A DNA stretch of 30,723 nt from a virus (lineage: Duplodnaviria > Caudoviricetes), in IMG/VR virus record IMGVR_UViG_3300037692_000017, positions 1-30,723 of that record; one strand, 5' to 3'. Positions within the stretch are counted from its first letter, which is position 1. The number at the start of each line of letters is the position of its first letter. Below the pieces are notes generated by a model. That model made no database searches and was not told the origin of the DNA. It saw nothing but the letters and a program-made list of their open reading frames with translations. The translations under genes were made by a program, and so were the position numbers. Below, one piece after another: positions 15,069-22,679 of this stretch.

Positions 15069-15807
15069 ATGACAAACAAATCTGGAATCTATAAAATAGA
15101 AAATTTAATTAACGGTAAATGCTATATAGGCTCTGCTTCTAACTTTAGTAAAAGATGGCGTAATCATAAGTGTTTATTATCAAATAACAAACATCACAGT
15201 ATTCATTTACAACGGGCGTGGAATAAATACGGTCAACAAAACTTTAAGTTTGAAATACTTCTATGTTGCGAAAAAGAAGAATTGATTGAGAAAGAACAAA
15301 TTCATATCAATATGATTGAACCCGAATATAATATTTGTTTGATTGCTGGTAATAGTTTAGGAAGTAAACGATCAAAAGAAACGTGCAAAAAACTTAGTTT
15401 TGGCTAGAAAAAACATATCTGAGGAAACACGTGAAAAAATGAGATTATCTCATAAAGGTAAACGTCTTTCAGAAGGAGCGAAATTAAAATTAAGTATTAC
15501 CAACAAAGGAAAAAGTCTTTCTGAAGATCACCGAGCAAAACTTAAAGGTAGACCTTCACCTAATAAAGGAAAGGTGGCATCTAAAGAAACTCGTGCTAAA
15601 ATGAGTGCTGTGCATAAAGGTAATACTATTCGTAAAGGTACTGTACATACCGAAGAAACGCGCTTAAAAATGAGCGCTGCTCATAAAGGTAATACTTATT
15701 CGGTAGGTCGTATAGTATCTAAAGAAACGCGATTGAAAAAATCATTGGCTATGAAGAAAACATTAGCGATAAAACATATCATAAATAATTGGGGTTGCGC
15801 TTTATAA
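15069..15807 (+). pseudogene. GIY-YIG homing endonuclease with NUMOD3 repeats, split by a frameshift at 15398-15401
   Basis: SGIYKIENLINGKCYIGS...RW..H...LQRAWNKYG...E...YN. The second frame carries NUMOD3-like SEETREKM, SKETRAKMS and TEETRLKMS. Removing one T from agttttggc fuses the two into about 245 aa. Confidence 0.85.
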
Positions 15808-15817
15808 GGAGTAGGAT

Positions 15818-16486
15818 ATGGAAATGGAAAGAAGAACTTATGATGCAGAATTGCGTATAGATAGTGCTGGATACGCAAAGAAAAGCCCAACTATTCGAGG
15901 GTATGCTGCAACTTTTAACAATTTTTCGCAATCGATGCCTATTCACGATGAGCGTGGTCAAAAAATAGGGACGTTTAGAGAATGTTTACTTCCTGGTTGC
16001 TTTACAGAAGCTATTAAAATATCTGATGTCAGGTGTTTGATAAATCATGAGCCTGATAAGTTGCTTGGGCGTACGTTATCAGGAACGTTGCGATTGCAGG
16101 AAGATAGTACAGGTCTTCGTTTTGAAAATGACGTACCTGATGTAAGTTATGCGCGTGACGCGCAAATGTCTATGCAGCGAGGCGACCTTACACAATGTTC
16201 TTTTGGTTTCACAGTATCTCCAAAAGGCGATACTTATCGAAAAGATCCTGAAATTGAAAATGGTTATATCAGGGAAATTAGGTCGGTTGCTAAATTGTTT
16301 GACGTTAGCATTGTTACGTATCCTGCTTATTTGGACACAAGTTGTGCAGTCCGGTCAATTATTTCAAATATGAAAGCTGAAGAAGAAGCGGTCATAAAAG
16401 CCGTTAAAGAACAAGAAGAAGCTGAACGTCAGCGAACGCTATCCTTAAAACGCAAGCGCCTTGAACTTGCACAACTGTTAGCGTAA
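15818..16486 (+). CDS. Prohead protease, HK97 family
   Basis: IRGYAATFN...FRE...INHE...LGRT...DSTGL...RGDLTQCSFGF...LFDVSIVTYPAYLDT. Confidence 0.95.
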   Translation: MEMERRTYDAELRIDSAGYAKKSPTIRGYAATFNNFSQSMPIHDERGQKIGTFRECLLPGCFTEAIKISDVRCLINHEPDKLLGRTLSGTLRLQEDSTGLRFENDVPDVSYARDAQMSMQRGDLTQCSFGFTVSPKGDTYRKDPEIENGYIREIRSVAKLFDVSIVTYPAYLDTSCAVRSIISNMKAEEEAVIKAVKEQEEAERQRTLSLKRKRLELAQLLA

Positions 16487-16515
16487 TTTTAAGTAAAGTA
16501 CACAGGAGAATTAAA

Positions 16516-17730
16516 ATGGCAAAAGATTTAAGGGAACTACTTGAGAAACGATGTAAAGTCGTTGCTGACGCTCGGACACTGGTTGACAAGGCCGATGAAG
16601 AAAAGCGTTCGCTGACTTCTGAGGAAGAACGACAGTGGGATGAGTACATGAAGGAAGAACAGCGTGTCGGTAAGGAAGTTGAGCGAGAAACAAAGCTTGT
16701 TGAAGCCGAACGTAGAGCTGCTGAAGTAGCTGTACGAAGTGCTGGTGATAGCAAAACTCCCATCACTCCCGAAGTTGAACTTCGTAAAAAAGCGTACCGG
16801 AACTTCCTGGTCAAAGGTGAGCAGAGCCTTTCCGCTGATGAAATTCGTACCCTGACCACTGGAAGCGATACCCAAGCCGGATACCTTAACTCCCCGCAGG
16901 AATTCGTTCAGAGCCTTATTGAGCGTGTTCGTGACGAGGTGTTTATTGAGTCTGAGTCAACCAAACATACGACCACCAATGCAAACGGTCTTGGTTTTCC
17001 GACTCTCGAAACGTATCCCGGTAAGATCAAGATGATCACCGAGATTGCCGAAGTTACTGAAGACAAAGCACTTGCTTTCGGTAAACGTGAGTTCAAACCA
17101 CATCTCGCCCGTAACCTGATAAAAATCTCTACCAAGATGCTTCGTGCTGATGGTATGGACCCTGAAGGAATCGCGATGAATGCGATGGCCTATATTATTG
17201 GTATCACCAAAGAGTATATGTACTTGCTTGGTACTGGTAATCAGGAACCTCTTGGTCTGTTCGTTGCCGATCCTAAAGGTATTCCTACGGCAAGAGACTA
17301 TTCAACCGATATGGCTCAAACCGATTTCACTCCTGACGCTCTGAAAGGTGTTAAATACTCCCTCAAAGGTCAGTATATGAAAACGGCAAAATGGCTGTTC
17401 CATCGTGACGGTGTTGCCAAAGTTGCCAAACTGAAAGACGGTGAAGGTCGTTATATCTTTGATACTGCAAACACGGTCGGCGCAATGGATATGCTGCTCA
17501 ATCGCCCGATGATTATGTCCGAGTACGTGCCAAATACTTTCACCACAGGTAAATATGTGGGCATGTTCGGAGATTACACCAAATATTGGACCGTTAACTC
17601 CTTGAATCTTCGCATTCAACGTTTGAACGAATTGTTTGCCGCAACAGGTGAAGTAGGGTTCTTGTTCGAGTTGGAGTTTGACGGAATGCCAGTATTAGCG
17701 GAAGCGTTCACGAGAATTCGCACGGCTTAA
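16516..17730 (+). CDS. Major capsid protein, HK97 fold, with N-terminal delta domain
   Basis: Coiled-coil N-terminus, then AGYLNSPQEF, LLGTGNQEPLG, KLKDGEGRYIF, LLNRP, FGDY and GEVGF; strong aggag RBS. Confidence 0.95.
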   Translation: MAKDLRELLEKRCKVVADARTLVDKADEEKRSLTSEEERQWDEYMKEEQRVGKEVERETKLVEAERRAAEVAVRSAGDSKTPITPEVELRKKAYRNFLVKGEQSLSADEIRTLTTGSDTQAGYLNSPQEFVQSLIERVRDEVFIESESTKHTTTNANGLGFPTLETYPGKIKMITEIAEVTEDKALAFGKREFKPHLARNLIKISTKMLRADGMDPEGIAMNAMAYIIGITKEYMYLLGTGNQEPLGLFVADPKGIPTARDYSTDMAQTDFTPDALKGVKYSLKGQYMKTAKWLFHRDGVAKVAKLKDGEGRYIFDTANTVGAMDMLLNRPMIMSEYVPNTFTTGKYVGMFGDYTKYWTVNSLNLRIQRLNELFAATGEVGFLFELEFDGMPVLAEAFTRIRTA

Positions 17731-17755
17731 AACTGCATAATTGTAATGGTTAAAT

Positions 17756-17777
17756 ACCCTGTATAAAAGCAGGGTTT
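17756..17777 (+). terminator. Hairpin after the capsid gene (weak terminator or mRNA stabiliser)
   Basis: accctgt-ataaaa-gcagggt followed by only tt. Confidence 0.35.
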
Positions 17778-17803
17778 AAATAAATTTTATTAGGAGAGAA
17801 ACA

Positions 17804-18253
17804 ATGTCTCTAGCTACTGCTGTAAAAGTAGATCAAGTGCTTGGATATTTTGCCGCTGCACAGACTGCTCGGAAAGGTGCCATTATAGATATGGCAGGTT
17901 ATGAAGGTTGCATGTTTATTTTTCAATTCGGCACAATTCTGAATACCGGAACAATTGCCTGTGATATTAACGCCGATGATGTAAATAATACCGCAGGTAT
18001 GACCAAACTGGCTGGTGGAGCGAGTCATACTGTTACTGCAACCACTGCTGCTCTGACACAATCGGCTATAGTGGTTGATATTTTTCAACCTACCGGAACC
18101 ACTTATCGATATCTTGAACCAATGATTACTTTGGGAGTTGCTAATACTCTCATTCTCGGCATTACCGCTATTCGGTATAATGGTAAAGTGAAGCCTGAAC
18201 TCACCGATGGATTGCTTGCTCAGTCAATTGCAGTAAGTCCCGCTGCTGCGTAA
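17804..18253 (+). CDS. Putative head decoration / capsid-associated protein
   Basis: Directly after the capsid gene with a strong RBS; Ala/Thr-rich beta pattern IDMAGYEGCMFI...YRYL. Confidence 0.6.
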   Translation: MSLATAVKVDQVLGYFAAAQTARKGAIIDMAGYEGCMFIFQFGTILNTGTIACDINADDVNNTAGMTKLAGGASHTVTATTAALTQSAIVVDIFQPTGTTYRYLEPMITLGVANTLILGITAIRYNGKVKPELTDGLLAQSIAVSPAAA

Positions 18254-18263
18254 TAGTTTAATT

Positions 18264-18293
18264 AAGAAAGGAGTTTAATTACTCCTTTCTTTT
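18264..18293 (+). terminator. Rho-independent terminator
   Basis: aagaaaggagt-ttaatt-actcctttctt-tt. Confidence 0.65.
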
Positions 18294-18306
18294 GGAGGTT
18301 TATAAT

Positions 18307-18789
18307 ATGTCTCGAAGCACAAAAGTTTATATGGCACAAGGGGCCGCTGAGTTGATAGCGGAATCTGGCGGTGCCATTACTGCTAAAGCTGGTTCTACTC
18401 TACGGGTTCAAGGTTTTATGCCAAAGGCACAAGCTGTTCCTGCCGCTAAAACTACCGCAGTAACTTTGACGATAGCCGAATTGCTTACCGGAATAATTAC
18501 AGCAACTCATACAGTCGGCGGTACTGCTGCATACACTCTTCCTACGGGAACTCTTGTTGATGCAGGTTGTTCTTTGGATATTGGAGATTCTTTCGATTGG
18601 TCATTGATCAATCTTTCTGCCGCTGCTCTTGATACTGTTACCGTAACAGCTGGAGAGGGTCATACTATCGTCGGTAACGCAATCGTGCAATCGGTTCATG
18701 CAAGTACTGGGCTTATATACGGAAGTTCTGGAATGTTCCGTACTAAGAAAACTGCTGCTAATACGATGGTTACTTATCGTATCGCTTAA
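18307..18789 (+). CDS. Putative virion structural protein (head fibre/decoration-like)
   Basis: ggagg RBS before ATG 18307; Thr/Ala/Gly-rich TLTIAELLTGII...YTLPTG...VTVTAG; lies in the head module. Confidence 0.55.
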   Translation: MSRSTKVYMAQGAAELIAESGGAITAKAGSTLRVQGFMPKAQAVPAAKTTAVTLTIAELLTGIITATHTVGGTAAYTLPTGTLVDAGCSLDIGDSFDWSLINLSAAALDTVTVTAGEGHTIVGNAIVQSVHASTGLIYGSSGMFRTKKTAANTMVTYRIA

Positions 18790-19046
18790 TGAGGTTTCCC
18801 ATGCAACGTGTGAAAATGAACTCAATTTCTGCCGGTCCTGACGGTTGTTTACATCGGGGAGAAACCTATCCTCTCGAAGACGGAGAGGCTAAAGCTTTGG
18901 TTGATGCTGGTTATGCTACCTACGAAACCGCTACGGTTCAACCTTTTGCGAAACCGGCTCCTGATCTTGAGCAGATTAAAAAGGCCGCTGAAGTTGTAAC
19001 CGAATCGAAACCAAAACAAAAACCTCAAGGTTGGGGTGTTAAGTAA
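18789..19046 (+). CDS. Small hypothetical protein (head-tail region)
   Basis: RVKM...GETY...EAKALVDAGYA pattern; TAATG-coupled on both sides. Confidence 0.6.
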   Translation: MRFPMQRVKMNSISAGPDGCLHRGETYPLEDGEAKALVDAGYATYETATVQPFAKPAPDLEQIKKAAEVVTESKPKQKPQGWGVK

Positions 19047-19957
19047 TGTCCTCATCGCGCATAGTACAAGGTTTATTACAGCCTTACTTTTATTTTATAA
19101 TCCCAGGAACTGATGATTTAACAGATGCTGTGGTGACTTGTACTATGCTTGATGTTAATGATGTTGCTATCGTTGATGCTAGTTCTATAGGTTGTTATAT
19201 AACTGATGTTGCCGAAAGACAAGCTGAATATCGTTGGCAAGATGGGGATACTGATTTAAGCGGAACTTTTAATTTATATTTTACCATTACTCCAGATGGA
19301 GTAGACCCGTTTAATACCGAAGTATTTGGTGTTGAAATTATAGCAAGCGGTGGTGATGAATTAATTACTGTAGCAGATGTTGAAAAACAAATACGATTTG
19401 ATTTGTCGAATCAATCTGAACATATAGTCAGTTTAATACAAACTGTCCGTGAAAATTGTGAAAGTATTATCAGAAGGGCTTTAAAACCAGTTCAAAGAAC
19501 TCTTACTTTAAATAAATTTCCAGGTGGTAGAGGATTAATTGAAATTCCTAACCCGCCTTTACGATCAATTGATAGTATTACTTATTTGGATACCAATGAA
19601 GTAGAACAAACTTTAGATCCTGCTACTTATAAAATATTTTTTAAAAACAATTTTAATCCAGCACAACCTTCTTATATAGCGCCTATTTATGGAACTTCGT
19701 GGCCAGTTGCTTTATACGATTTGGATAGCATTACAATTACATATACTTGTGGTTATGGAACTGTTTTAAATTCAGAAGATGTTTACGAAACTATTGAATT
19801 ACCGAAACCAATACGTCAATGGATGCTGATCAACATAGCTAATTTATATAGTAACCCTGAAACTGTAATTGTAGGAAATGTTAATCGTTTGACTAAGGTC
19901 GAAATTCCTTCAATAGCTAATGGATTGATAGCCGATTATAAGGTAGCCAAATTATGA
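19046..19957 (+). CDS. Head-tail connector (HK97 gp6 / phiE125 gp8-like) with an extra N-terminal beta domain
   Basis: C-terminal ITVADVEKQIR...CESIIRRAL...PPLRSIDSITY...WP...ITYTCGYG...PIRQWMLINIANLYSNPE; about 100 extra N-terminal residues. Confidence 0.8.
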   Translation: MSSSRIVQGLLQPYFYFIIPGTDDLTDAVVTCTMLDVNDVAIVDASSIGCYITDVAERQAEYRWQDGDTDLSGTFNLYFTITPDGVDPFNTEVFGVEIIASGGDELITVADVEKQIRFDLSNQSEHIVSLIQTVRENCESIIRRALKPVQRTLTLNKFPGGRGLIEIPNPPLRSIDSITYLDTNEVEQTLDPATYKIFFKNNFNPAQPSYIAPIYGTSWPVALYDLDSITITYTCGYGTVLNSEDVYETIELPKPIRQWMLINIANLYSNPETVIVGNVNRLTKVEIPSIANGLIADYKVAKL

Positions 19958-20283
19958 CATTTCGCGGTAGAAGACAGCATTTTGTCAGGATAGAGAAACC
20001 TGTTACCGTGAAAAGTCCGTCAGGCGCTCCAACGGTAACATGGCAATTGTTCAAACCTATGTGGGCAAGCATACGAACTATTCAAGGATACGAAAAACAG
20101 TCAGCTCAAGCGTCCTGGCCCGGATCAGATACTTCAATAGGAATGGATTTTATAGAAGGAATTTTGCCCACAATGAGAATTGTTTATGGTGATAAAATAT
20201 ATTCTATAATGTCAATTGATAATATTGATGAGCGAAATAGGGATATTAATTTTGTTTGTCAGAGCGGATTGAAAGCATCATGA
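19954..20283 (+). CDS. Head closure / head-tail adaptor (SPP1 gp16-like)
   Basis: VRIEKP...SGAP..TW...WASI...MRIVYGDKIYSI. Confidence 0.85.
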   Translation: MTFRGRRQHFVRIEKPVTVKSPSGAPTVTWQLFKPMWASIRTIQGYEKQSAQASWPGSDTSIGMDFIEGILPTMRIVYGDKIYSIMSIDNIDERNRDINFVCQSGLKAS

Positions 20284-20705
20284 CAATTTCATCAAAACTA
20301 TATTTTATACTGTCACCTGCTTTTAATGGAGAATTATATCCGGTTGTTCATCCAGATCCCGATGGATTAAGTAGTTCGGTTGCTGCTTTATACGCAGTTT
20401 ACAATATAGTTGGTGGTGCAAATTTTTCTACTTTAAAAACCGATAGCGATTTAGAAAGACCGAGGGTTCAAATAAGTATTTATGGAATAAATTTTGATAA
20501 CGTAGAAACTAAACAATTGGCAGTTCAAGCTGCTATGAAATATGCTAACGGTTTAGCTAATCAAGCAATAAAAGATAGATTAGATCCATTAACCGCCGTA
20601 GGTGCTTTACCTAATAGTTTAGTCGGAAGTCCTATGGATGATTACGAAAAAGATACTAAGCGCTATGTCAAACATTTGGAATATTATTGTTGGATACGCT
20701 CTTAG
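20280..20705 (+). CDS. Tail terminator/completion protein (DUF3168-like)
   Basis: ATGA overlap at 20280; YPVV...YAVY..VGG...RVQISIYG...DYEKDTK; lies just before the tail tube gene. Confidence 0.75.
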   Translation: MTISSKLYFILSPAFNGELYPVVHPDPDGLSSSVAALYAVYNIVGGANFSTLKTDSDLERPRVQISIYGINFDNVETKQLAVQAAMKYANGLANQAIKDRLDPLTAVGALPNSLVGSPMDDYEKDTKRYVKHLEYYCWIRS

Positions 20706-20766
20706 GCCAATGGGTTGGAATAACATCTGACCTTAATTGTTTTAACCCAAATATGGAGAATTAAAA

Positions 20767-21432
20767 ATGAGCGTTTCTGCACAATTGGCGCAAGGTTCTG
20801 AACTTTATATTAGCGGTAGCGCCTCCGCTGCTGAAGTTCTTACTGCTGTGACCGTAGGGTTTCCTACAATACTCGCGATTACTGGTCACGAAGGGCTAGC
20901 TAATGGCGATTCTATAACATTGGCTGGTTTTACTGGAGCGGATGCAGCTACTCTGAATGGTAAAACCGCAGTTGTTAAGAACTACGCTACTGGCACTACG
21001 AATGATACTTTTGCCATTGACATCAATACTGTTGGTAAGACAATAACAATCGATGCCGGTAATTCTACCGCTACACCGTTGTCATGGATCGAAGTTCTTG
21101 AAGTAAAGAGCATTAAACCATCAAGTGCCACGGCCTCTCAGATCGATGTAACCGATCTTAAATCAACTGCGAAAGAATATCGTACCGGCTTGCTTGATAA
21201 CGGTACTTTCAGCGTTGACACTCATATCCTTGAAAGTGATCCTGGTCAAGCTGCTATTCTTGCTTCTTTCAACGATTCTACAGCGGTTCCTTATAAGATC
21301 GTTACACCTTTGAAAACAAGAACTTTTACTGCTTCCTGCACAAAGTTCCCATCTATTCCCGATCTTGGTGTTGATCAGGTTCAGATTGGCACAATGGAGT
21401 TTAAGATTTCTGGTTCGGTGGTTGTTTCTTAA
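20767..21432 (+). CDS. Major tail tube protein
   Basis: AQGSELYIS...IDVTDLKSTAKEYRTGLLDNG...DPGQ...ISG, with an inserted GH.GL.NGD...LNG...DTFAID beta domain. Confidence 0.9.
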   Translation: MSVSAQLAQGSELYISGSASAAEVLTAVTVGFPTILAITGHEGLANGDSITLAGFTGADAATLNGKTAVVKNYATGTTNDTFAIDINTVGKTITIDAGNSTATPLSWIEVLEVKSIKPSSATASQIDVTDLKSTAKEYRTGLLDNGTFSVDTHILESDPGQAAILASFNDSTAVPYKIVTPLKTRTFTASCTKFPSIPDLGVDQVQIGTMEFKISGSVVVS

Positions 21433-21473
21433 AATTTAGTTCAGCCTAAAATTTAACTGGAATATGTTAATTG

Positions 21474-21505
21474 AATCCGGTATTATACTCTAATACCGGA
21501 TTTTT
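21474..21505 (+). terminator. Rho-independent terminator after the tail tube gene
   Basis: aatccggtatta-tactc-taataccggatt-ttt: perfect 12-bp stem plus T run. Confidence 0.8.
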
Positions 21506-21532
21506 AATTTAATCGACTTATGAGGATACTAT

Positions 21533-21919
21533 ATGTTTTTAAACAAACAATCCCTGCTTGAAGAAATAGCTCTAAAAACTGATATTGTTGAACTTGAAAG
21601 TGGTAACGTTATGGTAACGGAATTATCAGCCGCTGATTACCTGAATATGGGTAAATTGTGTGCTACTAATGACTATGAAAAAGAAGGTAATATTAAAGTC
21701 GATGTTGAAAAATGGGATGCTGCTATAATCGCTTATTGTGTAATTGATCCAGATACCAAAGAACGGGTATTTTGCAATGACGATATCGATATGCTCAAGA
21801 AAACTTCCCATAAAAAAATCACCAAGATTCTCGTAAAGGCAAAAGAACTTAACGGATTGTTAGGTGACGAGGGAAAGGACTTAGCGCCGACAGAGAGCGA
21901 CTTGAACTCTGGAGAGTAA
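21533..21919 (+). CDS. Tail assembly chaperone (gpG-like)
   Basis: Between tail tube and tape measure; VMVTELSA...CVIDP...VF...LNG; contains the slippery site. Confidence 0.85.
   Translation: MFLNKQSLLEEIALKTDIVELESGNVMVTELSAADYLNMGKLCATNDYEKEGNIKVDVEKWDAAIIAYCVIDPDTKERVFCNDDIDMLKKTSHKKITKILVKAKELNGLLGDEGKDLAPTESDLNSGE
21871..21877 (+). promoter_or_regulatory. -1 programmed ribosomal frameshift site G GGA AAG
   Basis: In-frame gaG GGA AAG, the same heptamer as the lambda G/T site. The -1 frame is open from here to TAA 22206. Confidence 0.85.
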
Positions 21920-22206
21920 CTGTAGCCCTCGGTTACAAACATCCCGACTTTCTTTTATCGGGCATGACTTGTCGGCAATTAAGGGAGCTTTTACATTTTT
22001 ATCGTATCGAACCTTTTGGGGAATATCGTGATGAATTAAGGCATGGTCAACAAATGGCTTTTCATCATAATCTTCATCGAGATGAGACAAAAAGATCTGA
22101 ACCTTTTAAAGCGATTGACTTCATGAATTTTATTGAAGATATTCCTGAAAAAATATATACTAAGGAAGAGTTAGAAGCATACGCTGATAAAGTTTTTGGA
22201 ACGTAA
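21877..22206 (+). CDS. Tail assembly chaperone T portion (gpGT fusion 21533-22206, about 224 aa)
   Basis: -1 frame reads GLSADRERLELWRVTVALGYKHPDFLLSGMTCRQLRELLHFYRIEPFGEYRDELR, in frame with the track ORF at 21964. Confidence 0.8.
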   Translation, partial: GLSADRERLELWRVTVALGYKHPDFLLSGMTCRQLRELLHFYRIEPFGEYRDELRHGQQMAFHHNLHRDETKRSEPFKAIDFMNFIEDIPEKIYTKEELEAYADKVFGT

Positions 22207-22220
22207 ACAGGGTAATCCAG

Positions 22221-22679
22221 ATGTCAGATGGTTTTTCAATAGAGTTTGATGATAATTGGACCATGTTGAGCCAGCGCTTACTAACTTTTGGTGAAAAGGT
22301 TAGTAAGCAGATTACCCTTGCTGCATTAAAAGAATCTGCTTTGTACATGAAGCATGAAGCGATTATGTATGCTTCAAAGTCCGATGATGTTCACAAGCTC
22401 TTAGTCAAAGGGCAATATATCGAAATATCCCCTGGAAATCTCAAAAAGTATATCCGCGCGGCCCGAATGCGTAAGAATATGCTCGAATCTGGAGAGGTAG
22501 GGTATAGGGTGTATGTCGCTATAAGAATGGCATGGTATGCGAAATTCGTTGAATTTGGACGTAGCGGGATGGCACCTATCCCTTTCATGCGTCCGGCCTT
22601 TGAACACAATTATTTAAACATTGCAAGAATTTTCAAAGAAATGGTTGATCAGGCAATACTCGAAGGAGGGTTCGTATAA
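22221..22679 (+). CDS. HK97-gp10 family tail component
   Basis: PGNLKKYI...AWYAKFVEFGRSGMAPIPFMRPAF. Confidence 0.88.
   Translation: MSDGFSIEFDDNWTMLSQRLLTFGEKVSKQITLAALKESALYMKHEAIMYASKSDDVHKLLVKGQYIEISPGNLKKYIRAARMRKNMLESGEVGYRVYVAIRMAWYAKFVEFGRSGMAPIPFMRPAFEHNYLNIARIFKEMVDQAILEGGFV

Noticed and set aside
15060-15817. Group I intron around the GIY-YIG ORF
   Set aside because: The ORF fills the space between the bfr-like gene and the protease, leaving only a few nucleotides on each side. Portal and protease are uninterrupted.
14629-17730. Encapsulin operon (ferritin-like cargo plus HK97-fold shell)
   Set aside because: The shell gene has a delta domain and sits with portal, protease, terminase and a full tail module, so it is a phage capsid. 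The analogy is kept only as a hypothesis.
1322-20279. Track start codons at 1322, 3764, 12162, 15060, 18292 and 20256
   Set aside because: Downstream ATGs (1370, 3803, 12213, 15069, 18307, 20280) have better RBS spacing, stop/start coupling or signal-peptide placement.
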